A DNA stretch of 64,000 bases from Iphione sp. A-MEVVRFRX5 (lineage: Eukaryota): assembly GCA_976226885.1 (NCBI GenBank), contig OZ320320.1:52948001-53012000 (forward strand), written 5' to 3'. How positions within the stretch are numbered: the first letter of the stretch is position 1; each line of letters opens with the position of its first letter. The notes beneath the pieces were generated by a model. It did no database searches. It had not been told where the DNA came from and worked only from the letters and a program-made list of their open reading frames with translations. The position numbers and the translations under genes are program-made. Shown piece by piece: positions 39,790-51,500 of the stretch.

Positions 39790-40380
39790 AAGTACTTCCG
39801 GTTTATTGTGGGTCTCCTTCGAACGCCCGCTCGGTGCCATTTTTTCCCACTCCCAGCTTCTCTGGTTTCCCGTCACGCCCTGCGCGTCTAGAGTGAGTCG
39901 GATGGCGCGGTGAAGAGGATGGGTCTCTGCCCCGCGAGAGGAGGGAGGGCCACTCAAGTAACAAAACGATAAAGCTAGGGGAAGCCGAACGAGTTCAACT
40001 AGTCGTTCATCTTCTAAGTTGTAAGTGTCCTCCTCGTTACCAGCAATGCTCAGGGCATTGTTTCCATCATTTATATAGTAAGATTCCTGCCATTTCTTTA
40101 CCTCGCTAGATAAAGGGTTGTCTTCCATTCAGCCAGCAAGAGGCTTACTGCGTATTAGTGCTCACCAGGGGGCGCATTGGTTCCAGGCAGTCTTTCAGTT
40201 CCACCAATGAAAGAATGCTGTCGTTTCCCCTAGTCGACAGTCTCGTCGGGAGACGCGAAAAACGTAACCGTTCAAGGGGCGTTTTCTCGCGCATTCACTC
40301 GTAGCCAAATCTCGTCTTTCACGCATCGCATGATCCTAAACTAATCATGGCTGAATGTCATCTGCCGCTGGCTTCCGGTG
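39790..40380. promoter_or_regulatory. Promoter-like CpG patch with ETS, YY1 and CTCF-like motifs
   Basis: ACTTCCGG at 39794, GCCATTTT at 39836, TCACCAGGGGGCGC at 40162-40175, CTTCCGG at ~40372. Confidence 0.4.
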
Positions 40381-41069
40381 TCGCACAGAACAATATTTGT
40401 GTATTCTGACGCTGTTTATATTAAGATGGTAGAGAAGAGACTGGTGTTTTCCACAGTCGCTTCCCCATCCTTACTCAGCTCTCTCATGGCGTCATATATT
40501 TGTTTTGGTTCGCGTAGAAAAGCACAACTGAATTCTACGGTCTTAGGACGACAAGGCTGCATAGAAGAGAGATCTTTCCCCCCCCCCCACCAGATCGACT
40601 ATACGTGTATTAAATATATATATATATATATATGAAATAACGATGTTCAGAACGAACTACGCCGATGATTCCCTACCATTTCTAATCATGTTTCTTGGGT
40701 TAAGAAGAAATGCTAGTTAAACATAAGACAGTCGTAGTCAACCCCCCTTATGAAAAATAGTTAACTAAGGATTTAACATGGGCCAATGATTTGCAGTAAA
40801 CATATACATGTATATACAGGAGTGACAGTGGTATGGGACAGGTGGAGAAAGACAGACGTTAGAGAAAGTCGCTACTTACTAATCTATGAGATTTCTTGGG
40901 GCCATATATAGGTTCAATGTTGTTGGCATCCAGAATCTTTTTCTCAAAAGCGGTACAACACAACAAACCACAAATTTCATTTGAAGTTCATGCTTATGAA
41001 CACATTGAGTAAATGCCAGGGGCATTGCCCCCCCCCCTCCATTTCTTCTGTAACATTATGAGTAACTCG

Positions 41070-41094
41070 TGTCTGTGCTCTTTTTCAGGTGAGT
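41070..41094 (+). other. Candidate recursive splice site (Yn-CAG|GTGAGT)
   Basis: gtctgtgctctttttcag|gtgagt. Confidence 0.45.
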
Positions 41095-41507
41095 TTTCCG
41101 TAACCGCGTCCTCCTCTTGACGGCAGCTCCAGGTAGGCGCGTTCGTGCGGAGACAGGGTACTAGGAAGATGATTGCCCGTACTTAATCTTCCTGCATAAT
41201 GGGAGAGGTTTTGCCAAATCACGGAAGATTGTTTCCCATTTGTTATGCCGCATATCTAAATGTTCATCCTTTGTTCGGTTATTAGTGAGGGGTTTGCATG
41301 AAGCGTCTTACAACAGTGTTACACCTCAGTGCGGCCTTTGCAGGGTTTGCTTGGAGTCTTCCCGTGTGTACATGGTATTGAGAAGTTAACGTGTTACTGA
41401 TCCCCTGGGAGAGACAACTGAGTCAGCATTGTAGGGAAGAGAACGTCTCATGCAGATACTGAAACTCTGGATGGACTGATGTGTCTGTAACGAGATGCTA
41501 CATGTGC

Positions 41508-41628
41508 TGATGTCTGTCACATTATGATGGATGTGTTGATGTCTGTCACATTATGATGGATGTGTTGATGTCTGTCACATTATGATGGATGTGTTGATGT
41601 CTGTCAAATTATGATGGATGTGTTGATG
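41508..41628. repeat. 29-bp minisatellite, 4 copies
   Basis: TGATGTCTGTCACATTATGATGGATGTGT x4. Confidence 0.95.
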
Positions 41629-42069
41629 CGTCTGTAACATCTGAGATTTGTTGGTAAGAATCACACATGTAGATTCAGTTAGAGTGACCTAGCTGGTGCC
41701 TTGACTTTGTACCGCGTGATACTTGCGTTGTATACAATAAAACGATGAAGAGTGTAAACCTGCATGAACACTTTATCCTCAAATATTTATCTTCGGAAAT
41801 ATTCAGGATGTTGTCACAACACAAAGAGGGATCAAAGGTTTTTTTTAAAACCTTGTTTTCTCGCGGTACATTTATGCATACAGTCTCCCCATACGTTTCC
41901 CATGTAACCCCGATTAGGCTGAATAGAAAACACAGGAAAGCTCCCTGCCCGGCTGGTCAGGGCCGGGCCTCGGCGGCCTGTCCCTGACAGCCCTATACAT
42001 CCCTTCATGTCAGCTGACAGTGTGGGCAGACAAGCCTCAGTATCACATTGACACGAACGAACAGTGCGA

Positions 42070-42115
42070 CCACTAGAGGGGCGGTCACGTGATCTGAGGG
42101 TCACGTGACCGGAAG
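42070..42115. promoter_or_regulatory. Tandem extended E-box (CLEAR/USF-type) + ETS cluster
   Basis: GTCACGTGAT at 42084 and GTCACGTGAC at 42100 overlapping CCGGAAG, preceded by CTCF-like CCACTAGAGGGGCG. Confidence 0.4.
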
Positions 42116-45100
42116 GCTGTGCCGGCCGTCCGTCTTGGTTCTTTTGGTGCGCACGAGGTGGCGGGAGCAATGTTGTGTTGCGGCTTAGACGGGTTGATGT
42201 ATGGAGAGCTGGAAGGCGGTGGTGGGATTCTGGTTGGTGTTTTGAGGTAAACGGGAGGCTGTAGTGGTGGTGATGGTGAAGCAAGAGAGCTCAGATTTTG
42301 GCCAATGGAGGAGAGGACTAGTGGTTAATTGTCATGGTGTGTGGAAGGTGGTAAATGATCCGGTCTGTAAGTGAAGTCAGTTGTGAGTTTCGCGAAGAGA
42401 GAGATGACAGAGGTTAGCGATAGATGGAAACGAACTAAGAAATAGTCAAGATCGGTTGTTAAAGCTCATTATGATCGATGGAGAGCAGCGGAGCTGCGAG
42501 ATCGCAGATGGTTCCCGGTGGTGGAGGGCAAGGGTATCAACGGTTGAACGTTGCGGGTGTAAACTAGTGAGGGATGAGGACTTGCTGTAGCCATAGGTGA
42601 TGGGCGTGTGTGTGTGTGGGGGGGGGAGGTGAGCAGAATGTGTTGGTGGTGTGTTCGCAGGCTCGGAGAGGTAGTAGTGACAGGATAGGGATTGACGGTA
42701 CAGGGGAATATTAGCAGGAACCGGTTGTATTATATCAAAGGCTTTTTTGTCAGGGATGGAAACCGCTGATAAAAGAGGACAGCATAGTGGGGAGTTGGTT
42801 ATGGATATAGGGCGAGTCCTTTTGTTACCTTTTTCAAAATATAGAGCTAAAGTGCACTTGGTACAGTCTGAATTTCAAAAGAGCTCAATTATGCACAATA
42901 ATGTTTATATATACACATGTGCACAGTTGGGAAGGTTCTAGAGCAGATGGAATAGTAGAATGTGAGCTATATTGTGCAGCAGTCTTTATCTCAGTTGTGT
43001 GCAGCAGGTTATGCGTTGTATTGTGCAGCAGTGATAGCCCCATGTGGTTACTGTGAGCTGTATTTGCCCCGGCCAGAGTAATAACAAATATTGTACAGCA
43101 AACCTAACCCCTACTAGTTAGCGTGTTTGTACGGGAAACCTAGAGCATGCGGGTTAACGAAACGTGTGTGGTTTTATGCAGTAATCACAGAATCAGCTGT
43201 GTGAGTTGTATTACTCAGTGGTCTTACCGCTACCGTCGCATAGTAGTATGGGGAAATGTGTATTTGAGAACGGCAGGCATCCAAACAAGCAGTGTGCGGG
43301 ATTATTTGAATTTAACTGGAGAATTTAGATTTAGGACATTCGCCTCTTTGATGAAGAACATGCACGGTAAGGGAGAGACACCGTTACCCATATCAAGTTT
43401 TGCTACTGCAAATGCTGACACCTGGCGGTTTACTAAATAACTACTGTACTCTCTCACTCTGGCATGCTCAGTCTTTTCCTGTCGGCTTCTGTTTTAAATC
43501 GTTCGTGTCCTTAAATTCTTTCTTCCTCTCTGTGCCTCGTTACTCTTCGTCTTGACTATTCACATAGTGCCTTTTTCTCATTCTTCTTTTCAACTTTTCG
43601 TTCCCTTCTCTTGATTTTACTCTTCTTCCAAGTCCCGTGCCTGTCTCCCTCCGTCATGAAAGCTTCCCTATTCCTCATTTTCTGCTTCCTCTCTTTACAT
43701 ACCGCAGACCTACTGGCGTGGCTTTTGGCACGGCCTACTCTTAGTCATACAAAAGATGTGTTCTTAGCACAGGTACAGCGCACATTACATGCATCACTCG
43801 ATCTGAAAGATTCTGCTTTCGATGCATGACAGCAAATGTATGTGCGATGGTTTGAATGTAAGTTTTCAGACGGAAAGGCTATAGATTTGCAGTGTTCGGA
43901 TGTGTGTGTTTGTGTGTTTGTGATGTTGCTGTAGTACACAGGAGGGTTTGTATATGCCCTTTTAAGTGCGCATCAGTGTGTGAATAATTGTGTCTCTGTT
44001 ATAGTTTTCTGTTTCTTCAGGCGTGACTAAACTGTGTGTATGACATACTACCGACAGCCTGTGGGTAAACATGTACATGTGTATGCATATTTGGATATAG
44101 GTTCACTTTATGTCCATACGTCCGTGCAGGTGTGGTTCCTCCTGAATGTACTGGTTAATGTGGGAGTGCATATATATATTCATGTATACATACATGCATC
44201 TTTGTGCAGTATTATGACCAGATAGGTGTCAAACTTTAACCTTTACACCACAATTCACGTCTCTTCGACAGTTGCCACGCAACCATCGGGTGAGCCCAAT
44301 ACTTAACTCTTGCTTTGGAACTCACCTGGGTAGTGGCTTCCTGTGATGTTAGCGCTCCCACCTGTCCAGGTAACCAGCACACCTGTAAAAGAATGTGTAT
44401 CTATTCATTTCTGCGGACCAGGTGTAAGCTTGGATTACGGAAGTTGACCTTGCTCATTTAAGTCCTCATACTATTATCAATACCCTCTCGAATTACGTGT
44501 AGTGAAACCTGAAACCTTCGCCGACTCAGGGGACGCCCCGACTAGGATCACAAGAATTCCACACACCTTCCGGGGCTTCCCACGGAATAAGCTGCTTTGT
44601 ATGCCTAGTGTTACTGTGTTAGATACATGTACTGATCTGCTGGTTATCGATGAAGGGTGTATGTTAAAATAATTCAAAAGTAATTGAAACAGTCCAGTTT
44701 GACTCCTGCCAAACATGTCTTTCGTATCATAAGAGAGATCCTATCTAGATATGATACCATTAATCCTTGGATTCATCCAACATGTGTAACTGAATGATTT
44801 GCATTCTGAAGTAGTCTATCACAGGTTCACTTAAAATGAGATAGAGCTAAGGCGCATACTTACATAGAGTAAACTAACGGTAAGCTGTACAAAGCAGACA
44901 AAACCAGAGATTGAAATATGGCATCAACCAGCCAAAGCCAAGAATGTATAGCACGCTACTTAGAGCATCAAAAAGTTTTCAGAGCATCAAATGTTTTAGC
45001 CAATGCAGTCACCTGCCACATGTTGGTGTAACCAACACTAATTTAGTGAATGGCGTAACCAGATTCCAGAAATGTTTGTAGTTGGCAAGAGCGTCTTCTG

Positions 45101-45414
45101 CCATCTGCCACTGCTATATTGGTGGATGGCAGAAGCATATCTAACAATGGTACCTTCCCAATATGTCTGGCATATTGCTACAGGACTGTAAATTATGAAT
45201 CACCATGTTAGTATTTTTTAAAGAACCCTACAAAAGGCAGTAAGGACAATCTAGAGACTACAGTCAGATCTGTCGAACAGAACCTACATAGCAAGGACGA
45301 TAATGAAGAGGCAACTTTACTGAAATCAGTGATGTCGCTATATAAATCATATTGTCATAAGATATCTGACATATAATGGTCTGCGGTACTCTGCTATTGA
45401 ACATACACTATATA

Positions 45415-45591
45415 CAGTGGAGACTCTTTTTACGACCACCACTTGGGACCAAGCTCAAGTGGTCGTATTGGCAAATTTGGTCATAACTTGATCACAATTT
45501 CTATAGAAACTATGATTTTTGTTCCCATCTCAGTTGGTCTCAAATAGAGAATGGTCACAAATCGATGTGGTCGTAAATAGGATCTGCATTG
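45415..45591. mobile_element. MITE with TA TSD, same family as 26686-26853
   Basis: ta|CAGTGGAGAC ... GGTCGTAAATAGGATCTGCATTG|ta. Confidence 0.7.
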
Positions 45592-45767
45592 TATACCCGA
45601 TTTCTCGTTTATCCAGCAAACCTGACAATTTCCTCGCCAACTGTGATCACCAACCTATGGATTTTAGTACATATGATTCATAGTAGATATCTGACAGTTT
45701 GTCTGAAATTTCACATATTCTGCTTAGATCATGGTCAGTGACAAGCTTAAAACATAAGTTTAAGGAA

Positions 45768-46953
45768 AGCTGCAGAAAACAAATGTTTCCCATATCAAAT
45801 GTTGGTATGTTTGGTAATTTTTTTAGCATGGTTTTAAAAGGCTTCACCAACTGACTCTATCTGTATGACTGACAATATCATCTGCAAAGTTCTACTCATT
45901 GTTATATATGCACGCTCATAAAAGTTGTCTGTTTTCTTTACTATTGGTATGGTAATAAATTCCAAGACCAATATTTGTTTCAGAGAGCCCTGCAGAAGTC
46001 AATGTGGACAATCAAGGGTCTGCAGTGACCTCTGTAGTAGAAGAGAACCTAGATAGCAAGAAAGCTTCTGATGAGGGAAATCTACATAGCAAAACTCAAA
46101 CTAGTGGAGTCAACACAGCAGAACTTGAGAAGATACGTCAAAAGTTTGTCAAGTATGATGTTGACAACTCAGGTTATGTAGAATTGGCTGATGTAAAAGG
46201 GCTTCTCAAATTTTTGCCAGAAGATGGACAAGTAGCTGCTTGGAATGTGAGTTTTCTTGTTTTTTTTAAATAGATTTTTGGGAAAATTAGCCACTTATCT
46301 ATCAAATGCTAGGCAGTTATGTCCTTAGAATATTTTGTTCTGTACATTCATAATCCACACTATGCTGTATAAGCTGTAATACATTTCAAACTTGGTTTTA
46401 GTGAAAGAAATTTACAGGCATCAAAGAGACAACAACAAACCATGCATCATTATAACATGTTTCATAAAATTATCATTAATTGGTACATTCAGTACGCCAC
46501 AGTCTAAAGGAGGTTCCTTCAAAGACACTACATCTTTGCAGCTCTTATCAGCAGCAGATAAGTCCGGTGATGGAAAAATTACTTGGGATGAATTCAGACA
46601 ATATTTCTTGCCTTCAAAAGAACCAAAGAGCACAGGTAAGTTTATGTTTGGCTGATCACATAAGCCTTTAACAAGCAGAAAGGCTGAATGACTTACTACC
46701 TTACAGACTAAAACAGTATTTAGCGGCTTAATTGGCTTTGGGTGTGTGCACACGGGGACAAGGTTACAACGAAAGACTAATGAACAGACCATCAGTCAAC
46801 ATCTTATGGTGTGGATTAACTCTTTTATTCCATCATAATGATTTTCAGTCTAGGTAGTTAACAAAGGTTATCAGTCTAATTAGTCAACTAGACTTTTTTC
46901 TTAACAAGCCATTTCTGTGTTCAACTGATTCATTGTGATTGCTGTTGGCATTA
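45768..46953 (+). repeat. Left copy of ~1.19-kb direct duplication flanking the LINE
   Basis: Aligns colinearly with 54212-55889 (offset 8444 at the start) and ends exactly at the LINE 3' tail. Confidence 0.97.
45984..46635 (+). CDS. Two internal exons of a host EF-hand Ca-binding protein (45984-46246, 46542-46635), copy 1
   Basis: EF loops DVDNSGYVELAD and DKSGDGKITWDE lie 35 aa apart after splicing. Splice sites ttgtttcag|, |gtgagt, ctttgcag|, |gtaagt. Phase 1 in, phase 1 out, 357 nt total. Confidence 0.85.
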
Positions 46954-47537
46954 GATAGATAGATAACTTTATTGTCCTCTCTGTGAAGCTACAAAGTTTT
47001 CATTGGACAGTTATGTTGAACAACATGCGAGTCAACATTCACACAGTAATATCATGACTTGAAACAATTGAACATAATTACATACAGCGACATATGACGC
47101 CTTCTTACATACAGTTGGGTATTGTTGCAAGGAATCACCAATCATCAGCATACTGCATTCACAATTCATGCGACATATACAGGTGAGTTCTTTGATCCAA
47201 CATATGAAACAGCTCGCACACAGACAGCGGCAATAGTTGGGCTGGTTTACCTATATACTGGTGCCATGGTACATGTATTAGTTACCTTTCAAGTGTTATA
47301 ATAATTACAGGTCTTGAACCTGTCATAACGCCTTAGGCAAGAACTACCCGTCATGCAAAAAATAAACCATGATAACCCAAGAATGTTAATCTGCTTCCTT
47401 ACTCTCTCTGTTGTGATAATACGAGACTATCGGCCCATGTACCCCCCAGAAAGTTTTATTGCAGATTATTGCAGTCATGAACCATAGCCAGTAGTGTGAC
47501 TGTAGGGGAAAGCGCTGCCACTTCTGGCTCCTTCAAC

Positions 47538-50283
47538 CTAGTCGCATTCGCCCCGGCTCTGCAACCATACCCTGAAATTTGGTTTGGGATGCTGCCTGAG
47601 GTTCAACAGCAGATCATTCCAGTCTTGTACACCCTTGTGCCTAAGATGGCGAGCATTGAAACTTGAACGTGGCCAGTCACAACTGATCTTTACTGTTGTT
47701 CCCCTTCTAGTGCCAGTGTTTTTTGCCCTCGGGAGTGCCTCGAGAGCCACCAGTTTATGGATCACAGATAGAGAATGATGGGCAACTAGCGTATCCACCC
47801 TCTCAATGTTGTGTTTGGCGCAGATGGCTTTAGCCGTTTGGCGCGGGGTGTTTTGCAATGAAACCCTCACGCAGCGATTCAAATGAATCTGCATCTTCAT
47901 CACACATGACTTGGAGCAACCATAGAGGAGGATCACATTGTATTGCAGGTGTGTATACACCAGAGATTTGAACAAGATCAGTCTCGAGGCCAGCGGCAGG
48001 AAACGCTTTGTTCTCCTGATGCTTAGGGCCGCACTCCACATGCGATCCTTCCTCCCCTTTACAGCCTCAGTGAATCTTAGCTTGGAGTCAATAGTGTATC
48101 TGAGTATTCGCATACTCATTGCCATTTCCATCTTCTCCCCGTTGATGTTGATATCAAATTCAGCTCCACTAGCCTTTCCAAGTGGTAGATAACAGCACTT
48201 GCTGACACTTAACAATAGGCCAACACTAGCGCACCACTTTGAAACAGCATTGATGGTGGTTTGGCATGACCATCTTAACCACAATAGATCTCTTGCATCT
48301 ACCAAGATGGTCAGGTCATCCGCATACAAGATAGTGAAGCATTCCTTTGGAATGAACTTCAATATCTCATCTATCTCTGTCTATCTCAAGGATACAAAAA
48401 GCATTCGGACCGAAAATCGATCCCTGCGGAACACCATGATTGATACCTCTTCGATTGGAATCCTCACCCAGCACCTGCACAAATTGTGTACGGTCAGTGA
48501 AGTAGTCCCTAATAAGTCTGCAGACCTTAGTATTTGCACCTACAGATGTCAGTCTTCTGAGGACAACACTCGCAGGCACCAGATCAAAGGCCTTCTGCAT
48601 GTCGAAGGCCATGAGGCATACGTAGGCACCCTTGTTTAGCAGCTCGGTTGCCTTTGCCATGATTGCAGCGATCGCAGCCTCGGTGCTTCTGCCCTTGCAG
48701 AAGCCGTGTTGTTGTGTGCTCCGGAATGCCTTGCCCTCTAGTTTCTGCATCAAAGTGTTAAGAAACCACGCCTCAAATATTTTCCCCGGCAAGGGGAGAA
48801 TTGACACTGGTCTGTAGTTTCCTACAACATTCCTATCCCCCCTTTTGAAGAGCGGGGTGACACGGGCACATTTCCACTCATTCGGGTAGTTCCCCGTGTC
48901 AACTATCCGGGCAAAGATCCAGTGTACCAGATCTAATACCAAGAGAAGTAGTGGTTTCATCACCTTGGTGGGAATCCCTTGTACCCCCGAGGCTTTTTTG
49001 ACCTTCTGCTTCACCACATAAGGTCTCAGTTCAGCAGGCGGTGGCACTTCTATGTCAAAAGAAGGCGCAGTTGTAGCTGATGACCTGTTTGTTTGCGGTC
49101 CTAGCGGCGGTGCCAGTTCGGACACTTTGTCAATAAAGAAGTCATTGAACCTGACTGCGAGGCAACGCACCTCCTCCACATTTTGGGGATCAGCCTGTGG
49201 CAATGTAGTTCGGGTTACTCCCTTACCCATTGCTTCTTTCAGAGCTGCCCACAATTTGGCAGAGTCTCCTCCCGCCTCTCGTAGCCTGTCACTCCAATAC
49301 AATTTCCGGTCTATCCTAATCCCTTTTTTGACCTTTCTGTTATAGAACTGAAAGATCCTATGGGCATCCTCACAACGCTCCTTCTTCCACTTATTGAAGA
49401 AGTAGGCACGCTCTTTGATGAGCTCTAGCATCCCAACTGATGGGCAAAAGCCCTCTAAGTCGCATATTGTGGACACCCTCCTCGCAGGACACCATTCCTC
49501 AAGGATATTGCGGGTAGCCTCTTTGAAATTCGTCCAGCATACGGATGGATCCGGATCAAATCTGAGCCCATCGGCACGTAGGCGATCGTGAATTTGATCA
49601 ATGTCCGCCTTCTGCCATTTCCTGACCAACCTGGACTCCTTGTGCCTTCTCAGGGCACCTTTCTTTATCCACATTTTTACTGGAAGGTGGTCACTTAGGA
49701 ACCACTCTAATGTGGATACACTCAGAGCCCCGTTGTAATTGATCCAGATGTGGTCTAGACAACGATCTGACTCGATCATTCTGCAGTCAGTCACCTGTTG
49801 ACTGAAGCCCTTGGACGATAACAGGTCTGTGATGCTTGTTCCTGCTTTGGCCTTACCATAAAAGTCATAGTTCATGTCACCTGCAATAGTGACATCCCTG
49901 TTCCTAATGGCAAGGCAAGAGTCCACTACCCTGTCAAGCTCTCTTAGTGAGTCACTCATTTTGTTGTGAGGCGGTCTGTAAACAGCTACCATGGCATGAG
50001 GTCTTCTCTTACCAATTTTGACAACAACACTCAGGGCTTCACAGTCACTATCCGAGATTGTAAACTGCATTTCGTCCCCAAATCTCTTGCTCTTGCTGTA
50101 CCTGTCGGCGCGAACAAGGTTGTATCCGGAGATGGTTACCTCACCATTGGTGTGATTGGTATTTAACCAGGTCTCCGTTATGATGCATATATCAACGTCT
50201 ACTTCCAGGAGATGACGTCTCAGATCGTCCACCTTTTTGGCTAAACTGCGTACGTTGTACACAACCAGTGTGACTCCAGGCAT
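47538..50283 (-). pseudogene. LINE ORF2: apurinic endonuclease + reverse transcriptase, broken near 48400
   Basis: APE motifs YNVRSL, ITETWL, VYRPP, GDMN, LDHIW, SDHLPV. RT motifs NYRPVSILP, QHGF, AFDMQKAFD, GVPQGS, YADD. Frameshift plus stop between GVPQGSIFGP and ILYADD. Confidence 0.95.
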
Positions 50284-51500
50284 GGTTATCCCCTACAGTC
50301 ACACACTATGTATCCCCTATCAAATCTCCCTGATAATTGAAGGAATCTATCCAAAATTACCTTCAGTATACAAACAGTTTGGTTGGCGCTCGGTCAGTCA
50401 TTTTACTTGCCCCCCCATTATTCTGATATACACATGTTTACTCTAAGCACACTCTTTTCCATGCTATTGACGTTCATATAACAAAAAACGCCCACCGGTG
50501 GAACTCTACCTCTTTCAGGCCCTTTCAAATACGAGAGCTGCAGGTACATCATAACAACCATACACATAGGGACGTTGGACACAACCAAGGTATTGTGACT
50601 GACATGTATGGCAGACCATCATTGAAAAGATCGACACACCACCACACATATACACAACCATAGACATTGTTAGCAATAATAGCTTCCAGACTTTGCACAA
50701 CATGAAGACAGTACAGCACAGTGACAAGACATGCTACAACGTATATTCTTTCTGGCGAAACTGCATCTCAAGCATGACAATCCAGGCAAGTCTTATGTAG
50801 CCACTAACACCCTTTAAGAAAGCATCTCTTTGTGGTAATTGAATTAAAACTTTTATTTTCAAATACTGTAATTGTGATACTTAAAACAAATAGTGCTAGC
50901 AAACATCCAGGGACTTCCTAACCACCCCTAACTGAAGAGTTTACCTAGTAATCATTTTAGGCTGGCCAATAACTGCAGAGGAACTTGGCCTAGGAACAAT
51001 CCTGCACATTTGAGTACAAAAACAGAAAAAGGATTTGACAGCACTCACTGTATAAGAATTACCACCAACTGTAGATCAATGTCAGAAATAAATCTAACTA
51101 AGGGATTGTCGTCATCTCACATGTATCATGACAATAGTGATTGATTAAACAAGTTATAACATGCTATTGTAGAGCTAAAGCACCCCTATTATTAACTATT
51201 GACTCCACATAACTACTTTAAAGAAGCACAAAAACCCACAATAATTTGTTACAATTTGTATGCTGGTTTTGCTAGAGACAACAGAGACATGATACATGGT
51301 ACGTCAGATTATTATAGAAAATTAAATCTAAACAGAGAATCAAATACCGTACTCTTAATAGAGCAGTAGCAATGATTGTTAAACACTTGTCTTTTAACAG
51401 TTATGGATGGTTCCGCCCGTAGCACCGTAGTGCGACAAAAACAATCATTGAGCCGAAAGTGGTACAGGGTTTGACGACAGTTAACATCACGTTATTGCGC

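Noticed and set aside
39766-40128. 120-aa minus-strand ORF
   Set aside because: Overlaps a promoter-like CpG patch; no domain or splice support.
46493-46541. Upstream alternative acceptors for EF-hand exon 2 (46492, 46502)
   Set aside because: 46492 gives the wrong phase. 46502 lengthens the EF spacing to 48 aa and its AG is mutated in copy 2. 46541 gives canonical spacing and is kept in both copies.
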